Shown here: positions 43,718-59,546 of the stretch, piece after piece | How positions within the stretch are numbered: position 1 is the stretch's first letter | Layout: each line of letters opens with the position of its first letter | From: the human T2T-CHM13v2.0 reference genome, Homo sapiens | DNA length: 64,000 nt | Reading direction: 5' to 3' (one strand) | NCBI RefSeq assembly: GCF_009914755.1 | Contig: NC_060925.1 | Position numbers and translations under genes: made by a program | The notes under the pieces: model-generated | Database searches by the model: none | Told to the model about the DNA's origin: nothing | The model's input: only the letters and a program-made list of their open reading frames with translations

Positions 43718-43820
43718 AAGTGTGAGCTCCTTGAAAGCAGATCCTGTGTCTCTATATTTCCAGTGCTGAGCACTGTGTCCAGCATAGAATGTGGGCTCAG
43801 TAAATGATTACTAAATAAAT
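43718..43820 (+). mobile_element. L2 3' end
   Basis: tgtgagctccttgaaagcagatcctgtgtc...cagtgctgagcactgtgtccagcatagaatgtgggctcagtaaatg. Confidence 0.75.
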
Positions 43821-44872
43821 TGGCTTAACTCTTTCTTTAGAACAACCCAATGAAATGGAGGAATGATAAATCAAAGAATCTTACCTTTGTCAAAGCTCAC
43901 CACTTAATTTACCTATTTGCTTCACTGGTTTAGCAAGATTCTGGACCATCATGTCACATATATACTCTTACATGGCACGACAGCTTAAAATCCCCACTTT
44001 TCCTTCAAATGGCACAATTGAGCTTCCAAAGAGACAAATGCTGATATCATTCTGTCATTTACCCAAAAGGTCCATTTATCTGCATGCTTAACATTTTAGA
44101 ACACAGTCAATCATCAGAAGGTAAGAAAAAAATTCTATGAATTGTCAAAATAGGTGATTAATGTTCATTCATTAATTTCACTCATAAGCAAACTCTTCAG
44201 GCCTTGACTCAGAATCTCCTGGCTTTTAATTTTTAAACTATTCTAACATAACTTCATTTGCAGGAGAAATACATCAGGCCAGAACTATCTTTTACATCTG
44301 TTAGCCTGAGAGCCAGACTTAATTCCTGAGATACCAGTGTGCTGCTCTGCGGAGGGGGTTCCTTTGAACCCACTCCGAACTACACTGAATTTAGCCTCTT
44401 CTCATCTGTCACTTCACTTATGAACTGTCAAAATTACTCCAGAAGGGTGGAGTCTATGAAGATGACAATAAAAGAAGTTTTGTACTTAAAAGGAGGCATG
44501 GAATTTAGACGTAAGAAGACAGAAACCTAGGGTGGTCCTTACAAGGAGATACAGTTCAGCTATCACAAATTAGCTCAAGAAAATACTTAGGTGTCATCTC
44601 TTTCTAACCAAGTTATTTTCTTGACCAGGAAGCTTCCAGTGTTCCAATGAAGTGCTCCAAACCCTCTTTTCTTTCACTATAAATGTGGGCATGGTCTCCC
44701 TCCTGGAGTCCTTTCCCATGAAATATCCAGTACAGTCATGCGCAGTCTAGCCACAACTCGCCACAGGAAAAGCACAATATGAGGGACAGTGTTCACTCTC
44801 ATACATCTCTGCTTTTGTTCAATCCAGGCATAACAGGAATTAGACAGGACTAGATTAAAAGTTCCCAGTTCC

Positions 44873-45180
44873 GGCCCAGCGTGGTGGCTCACGCCTGGAA
44901 TCCCAGCACTTTGGGAGGCCAAGGCAGACAGATCGTGAGGTCAGGAGTTTGAGACCAGTCTGGCCAATATGGTGAAACCCCGTCTCTACTAAAAATACAA
45001 AAATTAGCTGGGCATGGTGGCGAGCGCCTGTAGTCCCAGCTACTCGGGAAGCTGAGGCAGGAGAATCGCTTGAACCCAGGAGGCGAGGTTGCATTGAGCT
45101 GAGATCGTGCCACTGCACTCCAGCCTGGGTGACAGAGAGAGATGCCACCTCAAAAAACAACAAAGACAACAACAACAAGA
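44873..45180 (+). mobile_element. AluS inserted in a MIR
   Basis: Full Alu with (CAA)n tail; TSD aaagttcccagttc / aaacttcccagttc; MIR core continues after it (ggcaagttactaaacttttctaaatcttcacttcctcatatgtaaagtgggga). Confidence 0.95.
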
Positions 45181-48100
45181 GCAAACTTCCCAGTTCTGCT
45201 ACACTCTTAAGGCAAGTTACTAAACTTTTCTAAATCTTCACTTCCTCATATGTAAAGTGGGGATCACAATATTAAAGCCTATAAAAGGGTGAACAAATAC
45301 TAAATTCACTGGTGTGATGAATTACCCATCATGCTGTCTTCAATTTCCACGTCTCAGCTGAGGCTTTCCCTGATGCTGCATGTGTGGCAAGGATCGGGCT
45401 TTCTATAGAAAATATTGAATAAAATAATATTCCTCCACTGTTTTTAGGACAACTTCAATTAGATGTGGAAATACTAGGGAAAAAAGAGTAGTCTTAAAAT
45501 GTATTTTATAAAAATCTAGATACAACTTAAGCCTAAAATAAATTTAAAAAAAGAAAAACAAATTAATCCAGATGACATATAACTAAACATCAAAATGGGG
45601 AAGGAAGGAAGGAAGGAAGGGAAACCTACATTGGAATCTATTCTACCATAAACCAACATGAACACTTCTGAAAAGAATGTAAGAGGAGTTCTGGGCTATC
45701 TCTTAAGTAAAAGCAACAGGAATCCCATGGGTAAAGAAACTTGTAATAAAGAGGTATTTAGACTCAAAGAATCTCACAGAAATATAAGAAATAGAGTTAG
45801 GGTCATATGGAATGTTCTAGTGGTACCAAAAGCCACACAAAAATGACAGAGAAAAATTATGTACAGAACTTGTATGCTTGAAAAAAAAGTTACAGTATTA
45901 TTCTTCTCTTGCTACCAATGCAAAACAAAAATCAATAACCAATTCTATTTTCAGATTTTTATCCACTGTGCTGCATAAAGGCAATTTGGGGACTGTCTGA
46001 ACAGAACTTCTAACTCAGCATCTTCTCAGACAAGTAGATTTGTCATTCTAACCAATAAATAACTAGTCATACTGTGGCTAAGAGAGCACTTTATATTTAA
46101 TGCTTTAATAAAGCTCTGAAAAAGTTGGGAAAACTTTAAAACCTTAGCCACTTTAGAGTAATCATATTAAATTTTAATATAGTTTTATAAACTGTATAAC
46201 AGCTCAGCTGATTTAACAACTGTAAAAAGCTAAATTCACAGAAAAATAACTCGTATTAATTATTGAATTCACTTTTCAGAAGCACTGATTCACCGAAAGT
46301 GATGGCAGACTCAGAAGCTTCTGAAGGAACACAGTTGAGTTCCCTAAACATTTCATTAGTGGGCATTACCAGGGAACACAATTCTATGCCAAACGTATAA
46401 GGCAGGTTTTAGGACTTCAGATTACCTAAAATGAACATAATAATGAGTAGTCACTTCTATAAAGATACTGGATATTGGATATAAAAATTAAATATGTGTT
46501 ATTTGACACACCTATTCTCTATGAATAGGCTGTACCACACATAAAACATCAGAAAATCTGAATTCTTGTGTGTAGGTCATTCATATGTTTACTCCTGTCT
46601 TTTAAATTCATCTTTATCACCATCAGATCCTCATTACTTATTGTCTGGATGCAGGTTTCTCTTTTACTTACACTGCCTCTCCTTCCACGTTTTCATCGTT
46701 ATCAGTGGCCCATGTTAGTAGGTTAATCTTAGTTTGTGAGCCTGAAGATCTCTTAGCGCTCCAAGATGGAACTGGTACGTGTCATCTTATTTCCATCTAA
46801 ATACAGCATAAGGAGTGAAAAAGGTCAATGGACTGGGAGTTACTAAATAAAGGTGATGTGGAAAACAAATCATAACATAGGAGTATAAGCTAAAGGAAAG
46901 GGCCATTATGGTAATATCTATCAAGGACACTTACAAACAGTGAAAGACAAAAGGACATACAAAGAAACGTACAACTTAACTAAAACAGAAAAGAAAAAAG
47001 AAAAGCTCTGAAGTCTACAAAATTATAACAACGATGGGATATGAATCATGTTTTTTCAATTCTAAGTGGAAGGAAGAAAAATAAATCACATGTGCCTGGT
47101 AGGGGAGAATTTGCTTAAGAAAGTTTTCTCATTTTAGATTTGCTTTTGGGGTAGATGGTACTTTTTCACTATATTCTTCAATCTCAAGTTTTCACAGGAA
47201 TCACATTAATAAGAGACAGGGACTGGACAATAAAGAACCTGGGGAGCAGTAAATTTGGGGGTTATTCTTTTGCATTAATTGGTCTAGTTAACCAAGATGT
47301 GCAAACTGCCAGAGTAGAAGTAAATCTACATTCTCAAAATTTTTTTAAAAATGAAGAGTGACAAGGAAGAATATGCCTCATTCTAGCAAAGTCATATCTG
47401 AAGAGAGAGCTGGGAAAATAGGTGAGATTTGAAATTTGTGTCTATATGATGTAAGACAATTTTAGAATGATAGTTATTATCTCATAGGCTAAATCAAAGC
47501 ACAGCTGTCTCTCTGCATGCACATTTTGATTCTGCAACAGAGGTCCTGCAAGAGCCATCATAATGCCAGCAAATTAAATAAGGAGAGTTTGAAAGGCCCA
47601 GTCATTGTGAACCAGACTGAGGCTATTTCATTCACTTCACGTGGTGAAGTGCATTACGAGGAGCTGATATGACTGTAAAATGTATGGAGACACTATTAAG
47701 CTGAAAGGAATCTAAACATGTGGATAGTTCCCTACTCACTAACACTTCATGATAATAGAGTTAAATATTCTGAATAGTTCACTTCTAAGGGATTAATACA
47801 CTTCCCCAGTACTCAAAATCATGTCTGCCTTTCAACTTATTTGAAAGGTTCAGTAATAACTCCTCAAATACTCACTGCTTGTCATATTCTAAATACTGAA
47901 TTCTTAGATGCAAACACGCAGCCCCTATTAGGGCTAACGGAAGCTACATGTTTGTACCAAGGGAAAAACATACGTCTAGAAAACTGTTCTCTGCTGCTCA
48001 TAGGCAATCACGTTGCATGTCCTCTCGTGGACGGTATAAAAATGCGTGACTATTTACGCAGAACCATTCAGGTGTTACAGGCACTTCCATAGCATCCAAG

Positions 48101-49337
48101 AATGCATTAGCCAAAACCAACTAAAGTAGTTTTTTGGCTCATGATCATTCAAGCTGAATCAATAATATTAAACAGCATGTGGGATGGGGGAAAACCAAGT
48201 GTAAAGCAACATTAAAACCTCTTTCCACTCAAGCATAATTCATTTTGATCTTTACTACTGGATTCAGCTAAAGGTCAAACAATATATGATGATTTAGATT
48301 CAGAAAATATATTATTTCGCTGTTGAGTATAGTCTGAAATGAGGGCAACTAATTTAAAAATGGAATCAATTTTAAAAATATAAATGTAATAAAAATGTCT
48401 CCATCACAGAATATACAAATTAAGTCCCACTATTGATTACTGCCAACATTTTAAGCCTCCCTACTCATATTGGTAATGTCTTTAGTGCAACTTAATTTTC
48501 TTCATATTGTGTCATACACATTCAATGAACATCATTCCAGTGAGGGACCAAGAACGAGGTCAGAAATGGCTGTGATGATAAATTACAGACCTTAATAACT
48601 TCTGAACAATTTTAAATGTAAAAGCCATCTATAAGTCATTCAGCTTCATAGATGGTTAATGAATTATACAAACTAATAAAAACCATTAATTATTTATCTG
48701 TACTACAAAATGGCATAAGGCCAAGATCTTAAACATGGTCTGCATTAAGACCAAAACTGGGATTCAGGGTATATATAACAAGAGGGGGAAAAAAAGAGTT
48801 ATCTATTAGAAGACTGTATAAGCAAAAATCACTTAAGCTTTATAAGCATAGAAGATTTTATTAAAGGATTGGTCAGATTCATAACTGACAGACCACTGAA
48901 ATATTATCAGCATTCGGGTAAAAAAAGAAAAGGTAACTGGTTGATTTAGATGTTTCCTTGTTCTTTTGCTTTTTGTTTTCAGTGAAAGGCAGTTTGAAAT
49001 TTCCGTCTTAGTGGTTTGTACTGCAGAACACTGAGATCAAGACTTGGGTACTTTTGTATACTTGCATTTCTTGCTCTTGCATGAGTCCCAAGCAGTGATG
49101 GGGGGCTACCCCTCCCCACTAAGGAATAATCACATTCCAGTTTCTGGAAAGAACTCAAATTAGTCTGACTCTAGTGAATCAAGAGCAAGTCCAAGATGGA
49201 AACACAGGAGAGGCAACCTGGGAGGGAACAGACTGAACAGGTAAAACTACAGTTAGTAGCCTCCCCGTTCATGAATTACAACTGACAAATGACATCTTAT
49301 CTGGTAACTCTGTCAAATCTTCACTAATCCTTCGACT

Positions 49338-49560
49338 TCAGTATTTCTCAAGAATGGCTCTTCTACTACCAATATCAGAATCACCTAGAGAGCCTGTTTA
49401 AAATGCATATTCCTAAGTTACTTTCCAGACCTCAGGTAACAGGACATATTCCAGAGGTCTGGAAATAGGTAACAGACCTCACCAAGTGTGGGGCTGAGAA
49501 AGCTTTTAATGATCTGCCCAGGATATTCCAATGTGCCCTAAAGTTTGAGAGTCACAGTCC
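49338..49560. mobile_element. MER5-like hAT MITE with an internal rearrangement
   Basis: atcagaatcacctagagagcctgtttaaaatgcatattcct...aagtttgagagtcac; the middle is replaced by an inverted duplication. Confidence 0.7.
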
Positions 49561-49687
49561 TAAGAGGATGCTCTCCATTACACCACCCTGCAGCAATGGT
49601 GCCTACCATCACACGCATAGTGCACATGTCAGCAACGTAAGAGATGCCAAGCTCTTAAGTGTAACAGGGTGCCTTGAATATTCCCTA

Positions 49688-50158
<471 letters not shown>

Positions 50159-50317
50159 TTAACTTCTCAGGTATTGATCAGAGAAAGTCGAGAGGAAGGA
50201 GGAAATGCAGGGCTTCAATTCTGATTTCGCAGAAACATGAGTGCTGCACTGCTTTCGGCCCCGCATGGTGTGCTGGCAGACACCACCACTGTCCCAGGCG
50301 CATCTGCTGTGAAAGCC

Positions 50318-50330
50318 GTTGCTTAGCAAC
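50318..50330. promoter_or_regulatory. Candidate RFX X-box
   Basis: GTTGCT-T-AGCAAC, perfect inverted half-sites, in a locally CpG-enriched unique segment. Confidence 0.45.
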
Positions 50331-51329
50331 AGCAATCAATGCTGTATTTCCTCTTCACCATTTTCCTGAAGATTGAGACACTGCTCCAAGGTATCATTTT
50401 CAAATACCTTCTGTTTCACTGACCAAACATGTTTGTTAATTTTTCTATTATAGGAAAAAAAAATCATGAACCAAATTGGTCTAAGAATCCAGGAAAGAGG
50501 AGTGAGGGAAGGTCAGTATAACACCAGTGCTTTGGGACTTGTTTGATGAAGAAAAATTCTTTGACAGCTCATTGACTTTATTTGCTATACCGTTTCATTC
50601 TGCCATTTTAGCATTGATTTCTGCTACCTCATGGGATATGAAAGTCGTTAGCATGAATTATCATTCTAAATGCAGATCCACAAGGTACTGCCATAAAACA
50701 CAAAAAGCAAATGATTTTCAGAGACTGGTTGAATACACATCTCACATCTCTGTTAAAGCTCTTGTCTTGGTCATATTCTTATTAACCAATAACAACAAAA
50801 TGTTAAAAAAAAATAAACATCTCTCCACTGATACCACAATATATAATTCTTTCAGATGGGCAATGTTTCTACTAAATTAATTGGTACCTGTGATGAAAGC
50901 ATACAGACAATACCAATATTTACTTTAGGAAAAAGGCAGAGAAAGTACACAAGAGGGAGACAAATAAAAGGGGGAAGAGGTAGTAATTTTTATCAATATG
51001 TCCTACCAATGAATAGATTCTTCATATAAAACCAAAAATGAGACTTGGGAACTTTACATGACATCTTCCAATAAAGAAACTTGATACTTGCTTGAAGTAT
51101 ATACGTGCAGATATGTTAGTAAGTGGTGGAATCCAACAAGGTGGATATTGTGTGATATTTATTTTTCATGTTTATTGAATATCTACTGTGTAAAAATTCT
51201 ATGGGTAGCATAAAGATGAGTAAAATGTAATCCCTGTACAAGATTGTGGTAAAAAAAAAAAAGTCACATAAATAAATACAGAAGAATACATATTACCTCA
51301 GATAATCACTCAAGTATTTAGTAACAACA

Positions 51330-51900
51330 AATATTCCACTTAAGGTGGATTATATCTACAACAGACAAAATGAGTAAATCGGAATCAAAAGCTTTTATTT
51401 TTTTAAAACACTCAATACTGGTAAGGATGTAGCGACATAAAAATGCATCATGTGCCAGAAAAGACACGGGGCTGGTAAACTAAATCAACTTTTTCAAAGA
51501 TAGTTAGCAATATGCAACAAAACTTTTAAATATGCAAATTTAAAATGCTGACACAGTAATTGTATATCTAGTCAATTATTTCAAGGAAATAAAGATGCCA
51601 ACAAAAGATATTTATTTCTGCTACATTTAAAATAATAAATACTAAAATGTTCAATATTAGAAGAATGATTAAATGCATAATGGTAATAATTATATGATAA
51701 ATGAGTACCATTAGGGTATTCAAGAATATTTTATGAAAGGAAATAATTCCTATAATGTTAACAGGAAAAACATAAAAGCAGCCAATACATAAATGCATAG
51801 ATAAAATAGTGGAACAAATGAAAATGCTAATGATTTTTGGTGATTTTTATTTTCCTCTCTTTATTTTTTCTATGCGTTTCTAGGTTTTTGGTATTGACTG
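51330..51900 (+). mobile_element. Very old L1ME fragment
   Basis: caatactggtaaggatgtag, tagttagcaatatgcaacaaaacttttaaatatgca, acagtaattgtatatctagtcaattatttcaaggaaataa. Confidence 0.55.
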
Positions 51901-54900
51901 TCTACTGCATATTTGGTCACCGAAAAATGTCCCAACAAATAAAATCTATCAGTCTCATTTGACTTCCTATTAACCGATCTGTTTTATTTCAACTTAGAAC
52001 TTCAACCCTCACTGGTATCAAGTACTGCCAAGTTGAATGATAGTACTCTTAAGTTTCCCAAGCATTTTTAGACCAGCAGTTTTTCATTTCCATAAAGATC
52101 TAATAAATTTGGTTAATATTTTCCACAGAGAATAGCTGTAATGAAAGCATAAAATTTAAGTTAATCTAAACAACAAATATGTACCAAGCACAAGGCATAC
52201 AAATGTAGACAGGACGTTCTTGGGTTATGAGAAATGGATTTCAGTAACTTGCTCTCCCTTCAGTGTCCTTCCAGAAGATATGGGGCCTTCAGGTACAGCA
52301 TTTCTCTGGTGTCAGAATATATAGTCTGTCTACAAAAGGAGCTCTAGTATCATCCAGGGCAGGTGATGACACTGTCTACAACTGCTAACCCTCTACCATC
52401 AGATAAACTAAAGAGTGAAGGATGCAGAGAAATGAATAAAATTAAAAGAATTCTGTCAAGGGAAATTAGTATTCTTTCAACCTTCCTCAATCTCATATGA
52501 TGTCGACACAGATACACAGGATATCACATGCTCTTTTTGTCAGTTACCTGTGACTATGGATGCTGACAAAAGCACTTTTCTAAACCCAAACACCAAGGGC
52601 CAGACTTTCCAATGCTTACACAGCAGCATGTATGTTAATACCTGCATTATCAAAGGAGGAAACTGAAGATTTGGAATGGTGAAGTACATTGGCTAGGGTC
52701 CAGCTCATCCGCAAGAAGACAAAACTCCAGTGAGTTTTGAGTCAGGTTATCTCCTAAGTCCATGTTTCCACCATTATAGCACATATGACCTTTGAGAAAA
52801 TGGATAGGAGAAAGGCACCCATTGCAAAGGAATAACATGAGCAAAACAGAGCAGCAGAAATCAACAGAACATTCTCAGGCCCTGCACACCCAAGTTTGCT
52901 AGAACAAGGGCAGAGGAACACTCAGCTACCTGGTTTGTTCACCCAACCTGCCCTGTCTACTGCACTTCCACGCCAGGACACTGGCCCTGTTCAAAGGTCA
53001 AAACCAGTCCCACTCTGATGCTCCCCTCCCTGGCTCCATTCTCACTTCAGCATGAGGATCTTCTCATGGTCCCTGAGAATATCTTAGCATCTGTAATGGC
53101 CATCGGCCATTGAGTAAATCCCAGTTTTAAACTTGCCTATAAAGAACGAACTTAGTGTGCTTTTCTGCTGCTTTCTCTCATTGAACACAGTTCTTTCTCT
53201 TCCTTCAAGAAGAACCTTTCTGAAGCACCTTGAATTTCCTAGTTTATAATCTCTGTGAACTCCTGCTATCAAGAGCTCTGCAGAGCTAGCTTCCATAACC
53301 TGTCCTCTTTGGTGACTCTCTCGTAACACCAAAAGCTCCCTTCTAACACCAACAGGCAAAAGATGGTCATGGTTTAATATTTTAGGTACTGTTCCAGAAT
53401 TAGCCAGACTGTGGTTCTTAATGTTTGCATCTGTTTGTTTACAGAAATGGTGGTATTGATCTAATGGAACACTGGAACTTGGTCTTTACAATGGCAAGTT
53501 GTGGATGATAAGGTTGAAAAAGACAAGAGAGGAGTCTAGAAATCCAGTCAGAGATTAGATTTCACATCCCAGGTCACAAAATGGTAGGGAGATAATACAT
53601 TTGTGAAAGCTTTATTTGGTAAAAGAATGCAAGATAACCAAAGAGGAGACAAATGTCATAGCAATCCAGCTATGAGTTGTGTACTCTGTGCTGGAATGGT
53701 AAACCAAGCATGGCAAGATATCTCAAAGGAAAAATGAACAGAACTGTCAATTAACTGTATATGAGGTAAAACAAAGGAGAAAAGACAAAGAGATGAGTTT
53801 TGAAACCAATATGTTGAAGCTCATAGTATCAGCTCATTTATTTAAGTGAAATATATGAAGGAATTGTTTAAAATAAAAACCAAGGAATTTTTAAAATAGC
53901 ATGCCAAAGTAAGTAAATACATAATAAGTATGCCTCCAAGAAGTAAGGCTAAGAGAGAAACCAATTTAGATCAGTGGCCTCTTTCAGGAAGAGAGAAGGT
54001 TCTGCCCTATCCAGCATTTTCTATAAGGACAAGAGAAAATATTTTTTCAGTCTTCCAAAGACAGCTACCGGAATGTTTAGGAACAGTCCTAAAAATCAAG
54101 AAACAGAATCTTCTGAATATGGAGGAATGATCATTAAAACAAAGAGGAATGGAGAATAGCAAAGCCATTTTGCAGCTAAACTTGCTGAGCCCCAAAATTA
54201 TCCACTCATGTTTATGTTAGCAGTACTATAAAACTTATATATATGCTCTGTTATCAAATACATTTTTCCACTTTCTAGTAGGTAAAATTCATGGAAACAC
54301 TTACTTTTCTTTATTTATATAGATTTTTACCTCTCTAAAAAATGCTGCTGCTGAGCTTTCTATTTTTGTTCATTCCAGTTGAAATGCGATGATTCATCGG
54401 TCATTACCACAATGGCCACACGCATGTGGAAGAGAAGCTCATGATTCTAATCTGCACAGTTGCTGGCGGCTAGATATGCCTAAAGAGGATGTGAAACAGC
54501 AGCTTCACTTCCAATGGAGATCCGGACAGTAATAAAACAGTTTCGCAATCTCTTCACTAAATACATCTTTGTTTGCATGGTCTATGTATATTGTCATGGG
54601 GCAGGTGCAGGAAAATATAAAATATAAATATTTAAAATCCTACTGAGCTGCTGTGAAGTCAGTGACAAAGAAAAACACACACACGCTGGGGCTTCATGCA
54701 TGTAGTTAAATAAATAACTTTGAGATCATCAAAAAGAGTCAGCACACCCATATTTCTTACTTGGCGCTCATTACTGTTCAAAGACACCATTTTTTTTTAA
54801 TGCTGAGCCATCTTAAAACTTTGTCAGGCAACATTAAATTCATCAAGTCTTAAGCCCTAAAGAAAGTTACCAGTAATGGGCAGTAACATTAAGTTAGCTT

Positions 54901-55343
54901 TGCATTTAAGAAAAAATATTTATCCATCTGTCTTCTCCCACGGAGTACTTTGGATCACTCTCAGTGGCCATCGTTCTCTGTCCTGTCTTCATGCAGCTGG
55001 GCTGAGCAGCAGCACGCCACAGAAAGGGGCCAGCGGAACTCAACCGTCCAAAGAAATGTCCAAACTGCTTCTGTTATGTAAAGCCAATGTCACTTTCCTT
55101 TTTTAAAGGAAGCTCTGGGGTGTAATCCTGCCTGAGATGAGTCCACTGACATGACAAAAATCTAAAATGTGTAACTATTTGGAGGAAAGTCAGTGTGTAT
55201 CTTCCACTTGAAAGGTATAATTCCTTAAAAGGGACATAAAAATATTTTTTCTATTGTATACTCTAACAGTCAATAACTCACAAGGAAACCGAATAGAGAG
55301 CGAAAGATGGAGCACTCTGGACTAATGTGAAAAACAAACTCAA

Positions 55344-55774
<431 letters not shown>

Positions 55775-56659
55775 TCATTTGGGGAAAAATATGCAAAAAA
55801 GATACCTAGGAACAAGTGGGAAAATCTGATATGGATTAGGTATTACAGAAAATATTAGAGAATTGTTACTAATTGTCTAAGACGTGCTATGGCATTGTTA
55901 TAAAAGAGAACGTCTTTGTTTTTAGAATGCTAACAATTGATGAATCTAGGTGCTAAATTTCTGGTTGTATTCCTTCACCTTTTCTGCATTATTGAAAATA
56001 TAATAAAAAATGAAGAAAAATAAAGGCATAAAAGAAGTTGTATTTAAAAAAAGAACATTAAAATAAAATTCATGATTTAAGTGATAAGAAAGAAATATCC
56101 TTAGAGTATTACAGTCAAGTAAAGATGCCAGGCCGGTAAGTAAACTCTGAAGCTAGCTTTCTCACTAGAAACATTTAGCTAACCTGAGGGTCCTGAACTT
56201 TCCCCTTGACGGAGACGTGGGCACAAAGCACTGGAGGCTGTGTGCGGGCCTCATCCAGACTGGAAAGTCTAAAACCAAACTCCTGAACAGACCTAGGATT
56301 TTCCAAGGACTATATGCTGTGAGTTAGAATCACTGCAAATTACAAAAGACCTATTCCACACAAGGGAGAGCAAAGAAGTTCTCAATCTAGACCCTAAATA
56401 CCGGACAGAGGGGGATAATTTTTTTCTAGACTCATAAGCAGAAGTTGGCATCTAACCAAGCTTGTAGCCTAAATTTATATTATCTTTGTGGGAGAAGAAA
56501 CCTCAAGCCCAGAAATTAACCTGAGCAGGATCCAAGGTTGTTAATGCCTTAGTTATCCATCAAAACAAAAGGCAAATTCACTCAGGGTGAATACACCTTC
56601 AATCCAGGCCTCAAAGAATTTCTAAAGAGTGTGAACTTACAGCTTAAAAAACAAAATCA

Positions 56660-56873
<214 letters not shown>

Positions 56874-57687
56874 TCACAAAGAAAACAAAGAAACAAAGAT
56901 CAGTGAACAAGACTCAGCAGAAGTATTATATTGCTGAATCAACTCACAAAGAGTTTCTAATTTGGTATTATCAGAATTTAAAGTAAATATGTTTAAGATG
57001 TTTAAAGGAATAAGAGATTGAAAATATGAGGAAGGATAAAGAAAATTTTTTAATGTCTAGCTAGGAAAAAAAATACCATCTAGAAATGATAAATATAATT
57101 GTAATTAAAGTGCTAATGTAAAAATTGGCAACAGTTTTTAAATCCCACAATGTCAAATGCTGGTGAAGATGGTTCAGTACGAATGAAGTCAACTTTCAAA
57201 AACAATTTGACATTATCTAGTGAAGTTGCAATAAGCATACTCATGGCCCAACAATTCCATTACAAGTTATATATCCAAGAAAAACTCCTGTACATGTTCA
57301 ATGGAAGATAAATACATGAATGTTCATGGCAATGATATGTGTAACAGTTAAAAACAGAAAATAAATAAACTATGGTACATTCATATAATAGAAAACAATA
57401 CAGCGATAAAACTGAATGAGTTGCAGTTACATGACCATCACGAATAAATCTCAGAATACTAGGTCAAAAAAAGAAAGTAGACAAGAATACGTACACTCTG
57501 ACATGAGTAAAGTTAAAAACATACCAAATTATAACACATAAAAAATTGATTTCAATACATACAAGAAAACCTGTTAAAAAAAAAGCCAGTGAAAGGAACA
57601 TAAGATTCAAGATAGTGATTATTTCGTGGGGTGGAGAGGGAGATAAGAGAGAGAAGCAGTTGTGCAGCTTTAAAAGTAGTGGCAACA

Positions 57688-58019
<332 letters not shown>

Positions 58020-58427
58020 CTATGCAAGTTGTTTGTTTACTGTTATTTGTACCTTATATTTAAGGTATTTTGTGTGTGTTCAATAAAAATTATTTAACAA
58101 AACAAAAAAGCAATAATACTCACGGGTATCTTAGCCAAAAGCCTGAAGCTATACTAGTTCTGCACACAACAAACATGCTTTAGAAAAAGAGGAAACCAGT
58201 AACATTCAGGAATATCATAGCAAGACAATCACATGCTTCTGGAAAATACAGGATACTGTGGTAAGGAAATGACCAACGTTGTCAATTCTGTCCCCTTTCC
58301 AGGGATGTAGATCTCCATTTCACAGAGCACCAATAGCTTTATCTGTATGCCTGGGAGTTGTCAAGCCTCTCTTTTATATAGGTTGGGCTTAATTTAACTA
58401 AAACTCCTGATTTTCCCCTCCAACTAT

Positions 58428-59392
58428 TGATAGGGACAGGGGGCAGAGAAATTCTAGGCAGAAAATGGTGGTCCCCAACAAAACCCCACCTTCAAGCCTC
58501 AAACCATGGCCCAAAGTAGAACTTACATCCCTGTTTCCCTGCTTGAATGCTGCCTTTTCCAAAACCACCCGTGGCCCTATCCCACCCCACCCTGTGCCTA
58601 TAAAAACCCCAGATCCAGCCAGCAGAGAGAAGAGAAGCAGCTGGACATCAAAGACTGCAGCTGGATGTCGGAGACAAGCAGCTTGACTTCAGAGGGACAG
58701 CCTGACGGGGTAACTCTGGAGAAGAATCTGGCCAGAGATGACCGCATTTCACAGGAAGATTACCTTCCTGCCCCATCCCCTTTTCAGCTCACCTTGCCAC
58801 TGAGAGCCACTTCCGTTGGCAATAAAACTCCCTGCATTTATCATCCTTCAATTCATTCGTGTGACTTCATTTCTCCCAGATGCCAGACAAGATTCTGGAG
58901 CCATGAGTGTGAAGACAAAAAGGTTGTCACACTGACCCTTTGCCCTCGTTAGCAGAAGGCAGCTGCCTCATGCGAAAAGGCAGAGGGCCCATTGAGCTGT
59001 TAACGCATAAGCCGTCTGCAGAGAGCAGAGCTAAAAGGTCACTGTAACACTCCCTCTGGGGCTTTCGGGGTCACAGGCACTCCCAGCCCCCAGATGCAGC
59101 TGCAGGCAAGCACAGAGTTGGCTCCTGCCAGCAACCAAAAAACACTCACCCAGGCTCCTGCACTCACACACCTGCATGCCTCCTTTCATGAGGGGTGGAA
59201 CGCAGCAGATCCGACTGAGTGGGGTTCACTGCTGGTGCCGTAGTGGCTGGCTGACTCCAGCAACCATGTACTCCACCTCCCACCTTGTTGACTCATGCAC
59301 TCCCTCCTGTGAGGAGCTGAGAGCTGCAGGTGAGTAAACAGAACACCCCTGTTGCAAGTCCCACGAGGGTGTCAGGGAAATATACTGCTTCA
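58428..59392 (+). mobile_element. ERV1 solo LTR, LTR28/LTR1 family
   Basis: TG...CA termini (tgatagggacagg...ctgcttca); TATA tataaaa at 58599; AATAAA at ~58821; near-TSD ctat/ttat. Confidence 0.85.
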
Positions 59393-59546
59393 TTATTGCT
59401 GTTCATTTGATTTCAAATATAATGATATCTAAACGCAATTTTTTGGCATTTACGTTCCTCTAAGCCCAGCCTTAAATTTAGATGATGAAAATCTTAAATT
59501 GTCCCAAATGGACACTACCTCCTTCCACATCTGTTGACTAGGATAT

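Noticed and set aside
45598-45622. (GGAA)n tract
   Set aside because: Only about 5 units, an ordinary short microsatellite
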